Assembly: GCA_003693705.1 (NCBI GenBank)
Contig: RBZT01000419.1
Location: forward strand, 124,001-188,000
Direction: 5' to 3'
Source: Polymyxa betae A26-41
Lineage: Eukaryota > Protista > Endomyxa: Phytomyxea
DNA length: 64,000 bases
Of this stretch, positions 11,079 through 23,146 are shown in pieces (position 1 is the first letter of the stretch; every line of letters begins with the position of its first letter). The notes under the pieces are model-generated. The model saw only the letters and a program-made list of their open reading frames with translations. It made no database searches and had not been told where the DNA came from. The position numbers were made by a program, and so were the translations under genes.

Positions 11079-14000
11079 ATGGATGATCACCGTCCAAATT
11101 CAAAGAGATCGAGCAGCAGCCGGTATAAAGTTGATCAAGGTCCAAATTGCTGGGCCATCTGTCACCCCATACATGATTGCTGATATTGCTGTTTATAGCA
11201 TCATCATCAAGTGCTACACAACATGATGGTGATTTAGGTGGTAGTGATGGTAATGAACCTGTTATAATGATACCACAACCTGATGAGAGTATCTCTGATA
11301 CTGATAATGTAAGTCCAACTGATAACATTCGATTAAAGACAGTCTCAATATTGTATTAGTCGAGCAAGAGAGCACCAGGCTCTGGTAATAGACAGCAAAT
11401 TTTAAGTCGTTCTAGCAGTGATGGAGATCTCCTTCATGACTTACCTAATCGTCCCGATACAAATGATGATTCACCAATGCCAAAACGCAAGAAGCCCAAG
11501 GTTATTGAACTATCTGTTTGTTTATGTAACCAGACACCTAGAACATATTTTGTAGGGAGCTACAACTGAGCTATCTAAGAAGGAGCTGGCTTTGAGAAAG
11601 AAGAAAAGCAAGAAGAATCCCCAGATTCAACGTCGTGATTCACTTGATCTATTAGATCCTGAGGTTGATGTTATACCTGGTATGACAGAAGCTGAAGCTA
11701 CTGCTAATAGATCTGGAGGTATTACTATCATCTGTAACATGATATATATGTAGTAATATGTTACATTAGATTGGGTTATTGACCCAGATTCACCATTTGT
11801 TACATATTGGTTAGCAATCGTCTATATCATTACTGTCTATAATGTCGTTGTTATTCCCTTCCGAATGTCATTCGGGTCAGTACGCTTCCGAGTAGTTTCG
11901 AGCAAATGCCAATTTTGTGTGGCAGATTGTTGAATAATACCATCGGATTCTGGTTCTTATTCGATTTATTCACGGATCTGTTCTTTCTTGCTGATATCTA
12001 CATCCATCATCATCTAGGTGTCTATGTTAAAGGCAGGAAAGTTCTTAATCTGAAGACCATTGCTGCACGATATCGATCTAGTTGGGGCCTGCCCATTGAT
12101 ATATGTGCTTCAATGCCCTTGGATCTTATTCAGGTTCTCAATTATATGAGCATCTCCGTCAGATCTTTGTACTAACATATACTCCCTCGATTATTACAGA
12201 TTCCAGCACGACAAATATTACCAGCAGCTAGATTACCACGATTACTTCGAGCTATTCACATTTTGGGTCTGTTGCCAAGCTGATATTTTTCGCTTTTTTG
12301 TCTGTTACAAATTTCGGATCGCACTTCTAATATTATTACGTTGCATGGAAAGGCGCTGATTGTACAATCTGTCGTTACAGAAGTAATTAATTCGATTGAG
12401 AATCAGCCCGGTGTTAATATCGTTTATGTTCGACTGATAAAACTGGCCATGTTCACTATGTTCATTAATCATTTCGCTGCCTGTGCTTGGTATGCTTCAG
12501 GTCAGATCTCAGCTATTCACTATAATAGTGATATTCGGGACTAAAATTCTACCACATCTCTTTAGGATATGGACTGGGATCTTTTGGATCCTGGATGTTA
12601 TCAAAATCAATCCAGGATTTGACTACAATTCAGCAATATATTCGTGCTGTATATTGGGCTATGACTCAGATGATAGGCCGTGGCATTGCTTACCCACTAG
12701 CACAAACTGAATATGAGGTATCAAACACATAATTATCACAATAATGTCTTCCTGCCTTGTTTCGGGGTTGTTTAGGTTTTAGGGTTTTCGGGTCCGATTT
12801 ATATAGAAATTGACTCATATATGTTGATTTAGTCGTTCCTGGTTTTATTCTACATCATAATATCAGCTCTATTTTATATATATGTTATGGCTGTAGCCAT
12901 ATCATTAGTTGAGAGCTCCAATACAGTCCAATCTGGATTTCAGGTGACGCTCAAATCATTAGGTTTACAAATAGCCATTAACTGCTTGTTTATCGTGTAG
13001 ACCCATGTCCGATACATCATGACATTTCTACGTGATCAGGGTCTGCCTACCCAACTACAACAAGCTCTTCAGGAATATTTCTCTTATGTTTGGCAATCGC
13101 AGCGTGGTAATGATGCCCGCGCCGTCATGCAACTATTACCATCATCGATATCTCAGGATATTCAGGTGATATTGGATGGCAGGCTGGTGATATCTTATAA
13201 CTAATGCTCGTAGATGTTCTTGGTTAAGGGGATTGTTATACGATGTCGAATGTTTAGCCAGATAGATCAATCTGCTCTAATTGCTGTTGTTAATATGTTA
13301 ATACCACGTGTATGTGCACCTGGTGAATATATTGTACATGCAGGTCACTAATCTTATTACTGCTCTTCTACTTCTATCTGTTAATACTCATGTCTATTTT
13401 TTAGGGATTCTGCAAGCATCCATGTTCTTTATTCAACAAGGAGAGCTGGAAGTATTAAGTACTAAATATAGAAAATCTGGAGAGCCAAGTATTGAGCAGG
13501 TACCTATTTGATGACATCGTAAACCCTAACTGATCTTATATAGGTGATTAGTTCATTAGTAACAGGTGATGCATTTGGTGAGATGCAAGTGTTTCTTGAG
13601 ATTCCAGCACCAACATCAATACGTGCCAAGACGTTCTGTCAGCTGTATGAATTCAATCGAGATCATCTTAAGACCTTAATCGATGTATATCCTGCTGATG
13701 CTCAACTACGTATGTTTATATATACAGGGAGCAGTACTCCCCATCTCATTTTATCTAACTGTCAATTACAGTTGTCAAGACGGCCAAGCAGATGCGAAAT
13801 CTAACTGATGACGACGAAAGTACACATCCGACTGCCAGCGTGACAACCGTTAAGAAACAGACTCCTACCACACCGACTAGCGCCGGTGTATGTTAATTCA
13901 TGCTATTAAAACACATATCTAACTGGTATATTAGGCAGGACGTAAAGATGATGGAACTATGGCTGGTACACCTGTATGGGCACATGACGATAATAGTGCT

Positions 14001-17000
14001 GTTAAAGATGATGACGATGATCTTGAGAAAGGTTTACATAGAATGGGATCTTCACCTTCTGCCAGGTATCTCTTCTCCATTCCATCTTGCAATTCATGTT
14101 TTCTCTTTGTCTGCATTCTGTGCCATGTACTGTTTCCTGCAAGCAACGTTATTATAACATGATCAATACAGGAAGCCATCTGATGCTACCACATCGCAAT
14201 ATGTTGGTAGCCGTAAAAGTAGCCAATCATCACGTAGATCAGTGTTACTTCTGAATACATCAGGTATTAGTGTGGATCTGTCTCTGATCTTTATTTCTAT
14301 CGTTATTCATAACTGAATTCAAACAGGGGATGAACTAGCAGCTCACTTTGTTACTAACTGGGAGCGCTGCCTCATTCTGGTCGTACTCTACGACTTTATA
14401 GTTATACCAATACGTGCTGGTGTGTTACCTTTAACAAAGCAGAACTCGTGGCCTTATCTACTATGTGATGCGATTGCTGACACATTCCTACTAGCAGATA
14501 TTGTACTCAGGTATCGGTATGCGGTTCAGTTCACAGGTAACATTACCAACAACAATGCACACTTGTACTGGCTGATGGGTAGTATCATAGATAAACCGCT
14601 GCTTGGTAAAGATCGATCAATAGATTTAATGACAGTGGCCCGATCACGTTATATACGTCGTTATCTGCCTATATATGGACTTTCATCATTCCCTCTAGAT
14701 TGGACTTTAGTATCTGTTGTTAGCTCTGGCATTCATCTCAATCTCATACTACGTCTTGTTCGATTCTTTCGTCTAGGTATGCTTATGCTATATACAGAGA
14801 TATTACCATTGTCATGTTCATGTTGTATGCAGGGACTGTACAGGAGATTTTATTCCGAAATCAACGCAATCTGAAATCTAATGCTAGGCTAATGTTTATA
14901 TCAACCTTATTACAGTTTGGATTAATATCACATGTACTTATCATATTACATATGTCAACATATGGATCAACATCTAATTCTTTCACTCTAAACTATACCA
15001 ACTCTCTCATACTTATGATTAACTCATTAACCGGTCTAGGACGTACTGGACTAGAACCTATCACTGAGTCACAAATGGTAACTAGACCCCTTACGTTACT
15101 ACTGCTCGAACATATTCGCTGGTTGTAACATTTGCATTATAGGTGACAGCGATATTAACATATCTATGTGGTGTATGGATGATGGCTATGTGTATTGGAT
15201 CATTAGCAGCATATATTACAGAACGTAATTCACTGGAAGGTCGCTTCTCACGTAACATGATCGCCGCACAGCGTTTCCTCGACTTTTGCAATGCTCCGGA
15301 AGTAATATAAAGGCATTTATATCTGTCAGACGTTACATCTCTAATACCTCTCAGGATATACAAGCACGTACCCGGGTATATTTTGAATCAATGTGGTCGA
15401 CAATGCGAGGTGTTGTTCCACAAGAAGCCCTGTCTGCGTTACCGTCTTCGTTACGGACCAAGATCATGATCGAGCTATGTCGTAACGTGATCAAGAACAT
15501 GCCCATATTCCAAGGTGTTTCACATAGATTTGTATATGATTTGGTTCCGAATCTCGAATATGAAGTGAGCTCTCCATTCGTTGGTAACATCACTGGGTAA
15601 CATTTCTATAACAGGTATTCCCAGCTGGTGAATACATATTTAGACGTGGTCAGATGCAGAATGGCAAAATGTACTTTGTTACACGAGGTGTATTATCTAT
15701 CATTTTGGATGAGACTATATCTACAAAACCCTTCAAGGTTCGCGCTTATATCTTTGTTGCCGTTTTCCATCGTATCAACCGAATATATAACTCAATCAGG
15801 TGATCGGAACCGGGTCGTTCTTTGGTGAGTGTGCGCTTCTAACGAACTCACAATTACGTCGGTCTTCAATTAAGACCGAGACATCTTGCCATTTGTTATC
15901 AATTATACGACCACGTTTAATGCAGATGTTTACGTAGGAATGTTAGGGTTTAGGGTTTTAAAGATTTAACTTTCATGATAGACTGTATCCAGTGTTCGGC
16001 GACCGAATGCGAGCTATGGCTGCTCAACGTGTCAAACGTCTGGATAAGACCCAGCAGAATATGCAGCAAATCTTACAAGAGGTGACAATAACAGCTGGAA
16101 ATACTGGCCCAATCAGTTTTCCAATAATGCTGCTGTGGTCAGGTTATGGCAAAAATTGAGGAGTCAAAACTGATCGCCAACCGGACCTATAACTTTATTA
16201 TGTATGAGGCATGCTTTGTTGGAAATGAACTCGTCAATTGGATCATCACCAAGGGTAAAACAGCATAAACCGCAACGATTTGTCACCCTTAAGCAATTGT
16301 TTCAGGTTATGCAGATAATCGTGAAGATGCCATGGCAATATGTGTGGCGCTTCTCGAAAAAGGTCTTCCCAATTATAACCTGAGACCGAATTTTTTTATG
16401 GTTTTTGTGTTGTTGAGTATTGGGCAACGGTATGGACATGTTGATTGAGATTATCTAGGGATGATAAGGTCAGTGGAACATGGCCATGAGGCCAACGACG
16501 AGGAGCCAGAACGTTTTATCGACGGTCTACATTTCTATCGTCTGGGCGCCTATGTCGATAAGATCGCCGTTAATGATCTGATTCTGATCCATCTTAGCCA
16601 AATGGTACATGAAGACACAGACCTGATCACTGACCTCAGACATCGTCTCGTTGCCGACCGCTCCTTTCAGGTATAGGCATCCCCCTTCAGATGATTCAGC
16701 CCTTGATCATCGCATTTATGTATACTTAATACTTAACTCACTATTCTGGTTGCAATTAGATGGAAGCCAATTTGATAAGCGCCCGTGCTCTCATGCATTT
16801 CCTGTTGAATACAAGCAATGTAGCAGCGGATCCCATTGAAATGGCAAACGCTGAATCTCGAGCCGAACAACTGGCTCAACGCCTGATTGACGCCAGCGTC
16901 CTGCAGAACATCAATCATTTTGAACGTTTTGAAAACAATGGCGCCGATTTCTATCGTTTACGTGCGTTGAATCCATCTGATCCACAGAATTCCGGTGGGG

Positions 17001-17546
17001 GCGATTTCTGGTCCAGTCCATTCTATCAAGCTGATGGAACTTTTTGATACAGGACCGGCAGCGACAGCGGTTATGCTGAGTGGGAAGACGCCGGCTTTCA
17101 GCGGGACTTTGCTCATTCGATCCACATACACGTTCTTGACGTATTTCGGGATCATCTCTACCAGCTATCCATCTACTATCTATCTGTATGCCTCAAAGCG
17201 TTCCGACCGTCCGGTTAGGATTCTGCAGACCAATTCCAGGAATATTACAGTTTCCAGAATAGAATTTTCTAATGCCGAACCCAAGTGAGCCTCGTGGTAA
17301 TCGAAAAGATTGAAATCTGACTTAGTGGGTAGATTAAGCTGTATACATCTATCTGTGGTGGAGGCGCCCGAGAAAAACATGATTGTATCGACTGATAAAC
17401 GTTGTGAGCGCGACCTGGTGTTCTGTTTTGATCGACAGAATACGTACCAATCGCTGTTGGAGATTTTGAAGGCGCAGGGATACACACAGAAGATTCGAGC
17501 ATTGTTGGCCACACCGTGGTCTACTGCCAGGGTCTCCAAATCATGA
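11079..17546 (+). CDS. Large multi-exon cyclic-nucleotide-gated/KCNH-like channel: 2x(6TM + C-linker + CNBD), then DEP-DEP-PH-like domains
   Basis: Repeat 1: WVIDPDSPF, YNVVVIPFR, DLFFLADIY, PIDICASMPLD, NHFAACAWY, C-linker LPTQLQQALQEYFSYVW/LPSSISQDI, CNBD SMFFIQQGELEV..GDAFGE. Repeat 2: YDFIVIPIR, DTFLLADI, SSFPLD, LPSSLRTKI, KMYFVTRG..GSFFGECAL. DEP-like CFVGNELVNWI...FYRL twice; PH-like tail. Confidence 0.8.
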
Positions 17547-17699
17547 TAGACGATATATATCGGGCAGATCCTAGACGCATACAATCCAGTAGCCAGCTTC
17601 AACCAATCTGGTCCAGAACATTCTACAGAACAACGGGATAATTCAGAGCCATTGCATAAATGTGCCTATTCATAGAATATGGATAATAATAGTAAACAG

Positions 17700-20600
17700 T
17701 TAGGAGTCGTGGGATAAATCCGAATCCGATGATGATCCCGATTCTGCTACCAGGGATCTCATGATCTTGTTACGGCCGCTTTCCAAAGATTCAAAAACCA
17801 TAGTAGCATCGGCCAGAACATTCTCGAAAGGGTATGAAACGTATTTGCCCCACGCCGGATATTTACACCATTCTTTGTATGGAAATTTCGGAGAGGAAAT
17901 TCCATGCAGAATGCGGGCGACCTGGAGATCATTAGATTTTGCAATGGCATCTATCAAAATGGCGGACCTGTCGCGCCGTCGATATTTTTTTTTGCCAATG
18001 TAAAAGAAGGACCTTGATATCGCCAATGAGATGTTCAGGACGATCCCGTTGTTGACAGAGAGAGTTGATACTCTCATAATCAGGCAATAGCGCCTCGGCT
18101 TCAGCGATTAACTGCTCGTCGCTGTCGCACACGAAGTACGCCGATATCATCTGCTGCAAACGCGGTTGGCATTCTGTTAAGGCGAAATGAGATTACAGTT
18201 CACAAGGCAAAGTTGAGCACCAATTGAACTTAGAAGAGCATTCAGTCAAGGCATTTACCTGGATTTACATCCAAACATCTCTCGGTGGCGACCGATTTCA
18301 GAATTTGCGAAACAATATTCACTTTCCGAAATGTACAGGATTCGTGCCGACTGCAAATAATGATGATAAATTGACAACAAAGACGACGGCATTTACCGAC
18401 AGAACTCCAACAAATGGGTACACAAAGCCTTGGTATCATCAGGACGCCTCAGGACCTCAATACAAAAACTCAAATCCTAATGAGCAGCGTTAAACGTCTT
18501 CACATAGTGACGTTTCAAGTCCAATGACCTTCCACAAAACGGAGATCTGTCCAAGGCTCTTGAGCGTCAATATTGTTCGCTGAACGTCAGCCACAGAAAC
18601 GTTAACAGCGTTGGCCACTTTGACTATGTTCACCTGATTAGACAAAACATTCAATGGATGAATATATTCGTCAATACGGAAACATATCCGTTCTCTCCAC
18701 AAAAATGAATGTAAGAGAGAAGGAGAAAACGTAAATACAACGCATAATTGCTTTTAGGGTTAATTTAGACCCCTTTCTTGATTGTAAGAACCAAAAAACG
18801 CTGATAAGCGTCTGAAAATAAAGAGATAAGATAGTCGTGAAACGCCTACAGAGAATGCCCCAGAATATGATCGACTCTGATTGATGATCTCAGCCAGAAC
18901 TGGGTCGGCACTGGCCAATTGCTGTTCGGGGGTTCGCAGGAACCGGATCGTACAAGTATTGTGCATCATAGGCAGGGCACGAATATATCCAGTGCTGAGA
19001 CCTGATTCAGCACTCAAGCCTGATCACAATCAAGACCGCCCCACCCAGTTTCGAACTCAAGAAATGTCAGAAAGGTTTCGACGACCTCCTCGCGAAGGTC
19101 GTATGCCTGCACCTGCTTGGTGCATGATAATGATACGAAATAGTGCTCTCCATATTCGTCATAATCATCGAATAGCGAACGTAGAAATGTTGAAACCTTA
19201 AATTAATGGCATCAACAGTTTGCGAAATCAGTAGATCGACTGACCTGGATATCGTCAGTTCCGTTCGAGAATGCCAACGACCGAAATCGATCTGCATCGT
19301 CTTCATCGTAAAATACGTGACAGAAGGCAGGCAGTCCATCACGGCCAGCACGACCGATTTCCTGTTTCAATATCAGCAAGATAAAAATCCTCCGAATTTT
19401 AATCCAACTTGAACGTAATGCTCCATCGACTGAGGGGTATTGAAGTGGATTACAGCCCTGACGTCGCTTTTATCCAAACCCATTCCTGTTGTGATTCAGT
19501 TACACCATGTTGCAGATTGAGATTGCAATCGCTTACCGAAGGCAATCGTGGCGCAAATGATTCGGGTCTAACAAACCGATCTCAAAAATGAAGCAATGAA
19601 AAAGCAATTGATATCTGACCTCGTTCGACATAAACTGTTCTTGAATAGTTCGTCGGGTTTTAGCATCTTTACCGGCATGATAGCTGACAGCGTCGATACC
19701 TTGCGCACGCAAACGGAACATCACCTACGACATGCTGATTGTTGGAATCTGAGCGCTAGCAAATCGAGAACTGGTCGCTGACTTCATCTGCTGTTCGCTG
19801 TTGATGAACGTAAATGATAATAGACGACAGGTCCCGAAATCGCTCCGAGTTTAAAAGATGAACTAATGCCGCGAATCTGCAGCACCTCGGTCAAAGAACG
19901 ATAGTCAATCAGAACGCTGCATTCATTGTGCAACCTGTCATTTTCTCTTGAAACCGTTAAAAGCAGGTTGTCACGGCGAACATCGGCCAGTATGACATCC
20001 CCAACGTCCAGCGACAGTTTACAACAGCTGCGTTATCTTTGATTTTCCGCGATAGAAATCAACGGCTGAGCATACGTACACAGAATTTAGAGTCTGTTTG
20101 GTGGCGGTGGCTGTCAGGGCCAGTATGCATTCAACACCAAGCTGATTTCGAAGGATGGTCCCGACTCGAACGAAAGCAGGCCGGAAGTTGTGCGACCTAC
20201 AGAATCTCTGTCGGCAAATGATTGGCAGCAACCTGGGATAGAACTACCATTGTGATACCTGCACATCACATTAGAAATCGATTCAAAAAATGGTGATTCA
20301 CAAAATCAGATAATCACAAAATCAAATTGATGATTTTCGGAATTCCCCACATATATTTCAGGAAAATCCCTGTTTTTTATATGCAAACTTGGATTGGGAT
20401 GAGGTCCCAGATTATAAATTGGCATAAAACAAAAATAACAGAGTCAAAAACGCCAAAAAAAACAGGGCATGTTTATCGTACACAATGAGCTTCATCGATG
20501 CAAGCAAATGAAACAGAGGATGGTGGCAGCGACCTGCAATAATCATGATTAACATCATGAAATAACGACGAGTTTCAGCCCACACACTGAATAACACGTT

Positions 20601-22584
20601 GGAATCCAGCTGTCTGCAAACGCTCCGGTGACAGAAACAAAACCTTGATTTGCCCCGATCGAATTTTTTTTATAAGTTCATGCACTTGTCCTACTGTCTC
20701 ATTGCTAGACCATATCGCACCTGAATCATCGAATAAATTCGTTTAAAGCTACAAAAATAGCCAGAACTGCATCTTCAGAATATGATTTTTGCACGGTTGT
20801 CATCTTACCCGGAATACAAGCAGGTAAATGTTGAAGTTGGTCTTTCATTAGGGATAGGAGAGGTGTAATAACAAGACAAAGACCTGGTAATAAATAGGCT
20901 GGCATCTGATAGAGCAAGGACTTCCCCGCTCCGGTTGGTAGAACTGAAAATACAATCATGACGACGGCATTGAATACAAAAAAGACGACCAGCAAATGTT
21001 GATTCTCGTCGCATGAGACGTTCGATGACTTCAAATTGATTTGAACGAAACGATGCGAAACCGAATACATTCGACAGAACCGTCATAGCGAGGTCGCGAT
21101 TGAATATGCCGCTGAAGTGAGTCACTGTGGAATACGATGTACTCGATGTTTTCGGTTCCTAAACGCTCACGATCAGAAGTCAAAATATAAACTAAGAAGA
21201 AATGTACTTCAAGGCGTCGGCGTTTGAAATCGGGATGGCATTCTTGGGCATCGTCATCGAATTGGCCAACGGCATTCGATCTAGAATGAGCTGTTAATTG
21301 GAAACCATTCGAAAAGTATTTGCATTCTGACTGATTGTTCTGTAGCTGAACAAGAAGCAAGTCATCTTCAAGCAGTTCGGTGTAGAGAGCGGCATTATGT
21401 TCCTAATATTAAGCAATTCACGTCAGGCTCAGGTGGGCGTGCTGGACCACATCACAGACCTCAATCCGCTTCTTCTTCATTTCAAGCGCGAACATCTGGA
21501 CAACATGGATCAAAAGAGGATGACTATCTCGTAAAACCCTTCCGAACCTTTGCTGATTTCCACCTGGATTTCCGTGATGATTTGCCTTTGGATTTCCAGT
21601 CGTGCTTTAGGTCGTATTTGACAAAATTATTGGTCAATGTGAGTCGTTCCTGCGACAATGTTAACAAACTGGGATGTTACGTTCTCGTTTAGCCAATCAA
21701 CTGACAGCTGCCACTCGACGTGATGAACGAATTTTCTGATCGGGTTCGGGCAACGGGACGAGCACAGATTTAACTGGGTCGGAGCCGGAGCTTTCTGGCA
21801 CGAAAACTTCGACAGCGGCGGCAGCCAGGTATTTCTGGGCCAGTTCGCCCAGATCAAGCGATTGCTGTGCAGTTCCAGCGAAGGGAAGTTGTTCCACTTC
21901 AAGAACAGTGTCTTCATCAGATCCGGGCAGCTCAATATTCGAGGCCATCCTTGAAATCGTGGTTAATGGCGAAATTAAGCTCTACAGATTAATTTGAGAT
22001 TGTCTGAAGGTTCGGGTTCAATCCAAACCTCGGTCCGAGACAAAGTCGAAGCGCGACGAAAGCGTATCGTTGATGGAGGTTTCGGCTGTGAAGCGTCATC
22101 AGTTGACAATGACGGAGGTGAGTTCTCATTTGAGATGCGCGACGTTTCCATGCATGGCGTCTCCATATTGGATGTTGCTGAATCTGAATGCAACGTTCGT
22201 TCCGACAAGTTCTGGTTCGAAGCGGCAGGGTCGGCGGACGATGAGGTCGATGGAATTGGGATAGTCTGGTTCAGAAAACTGAACCCCTTACGAATACGAT
22301 CGAGATGATGCTTGGAAACGGATCCCTTCGAAATACTCTGTGAACGATTTAGAGTCGATAAAGGTTTATTTGAAGGCGCCGTCGCTTTCTTGAGATTTTC
22401 ATATTTCCGGTACAGTTTCGCTGTAATGAATCAGCGCAAGATTGTGTGGCATTGAGTACTCCAAACCAATTGGATGCAAAGCGATATCGGCGGGGATCGG
22501 GCGGCGGCCATGCTCAGAAAAGAACGCCGATTCCCAGAGTTTCAACTCGTGTCTAAGGGCGGATTGCTTTTCATCGGCCTGCAT
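17700..22584 (-). CDS. RECQL4: RecQ4-type ATP-dependent DNA helicase with Sld2-like N-terminus, multi-exon
   Basis: N-terminal [20 protein letters not shown] (Sld2-like); [10 protein letters not shown]; [16 protein letters not shown]; DEAHC|VSQW|SHNFRP; LALTATAT; SYHAGK; C-terminal [15 protein letters not shown]...P.WGKY. Confidence 0.93.
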
Positions 22585-23146
22585 GTATGGCTGGACTGTT
22601 CCGTTCAATGGCAGTGTTATTGATTATGAAGAGTATTATAGATGAGTAATTAGTATAGTAATAAGACTGTATAAATGATGATGACGTATCCCGCAACTTC
22701 ATCAACGTAGAGCAGCCCTCATACTATACTACTCCATCATGGGTCCATTTCAACCTCTTTACCTTGTTGTATAGCTGACCATCACCTGTCCTTATGATCT
22801 GGCATTGAACTTTTTTCGAACCATTCAAGTTGCTGTGAGGCCAGATCAAATTATCGTGGTGTTCGGTCAAAATGTTGTTTCAAGATCTATTGGCTACACA
22901 TCGATTCAATTAATATTGCTTGACTGACATTCTTCCACGTTATTCCAATCATAAGCAGTATACATGTGACTAGTAAGGTTGATATACATGTTTATTTGAG
23001 ATCTGCAATCCCTAATGGAAAATATCGCATACAATAGATTAATTTAGTTCTTACTTCCTGAGTTCGCAGAACCCTACAGTAGAAGCTGAAAGATCTACCA
23101 AAAACTGGCAAAGGCGAGCGAAATGACCAAAGTCTTTTATGGAATT

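Noticed and set aside
10694-11328. Minus-strand ORFs upstream of or overlapping the channel gene start
   Set aside because: No homology cues; the second is antisense to a better-supported exon
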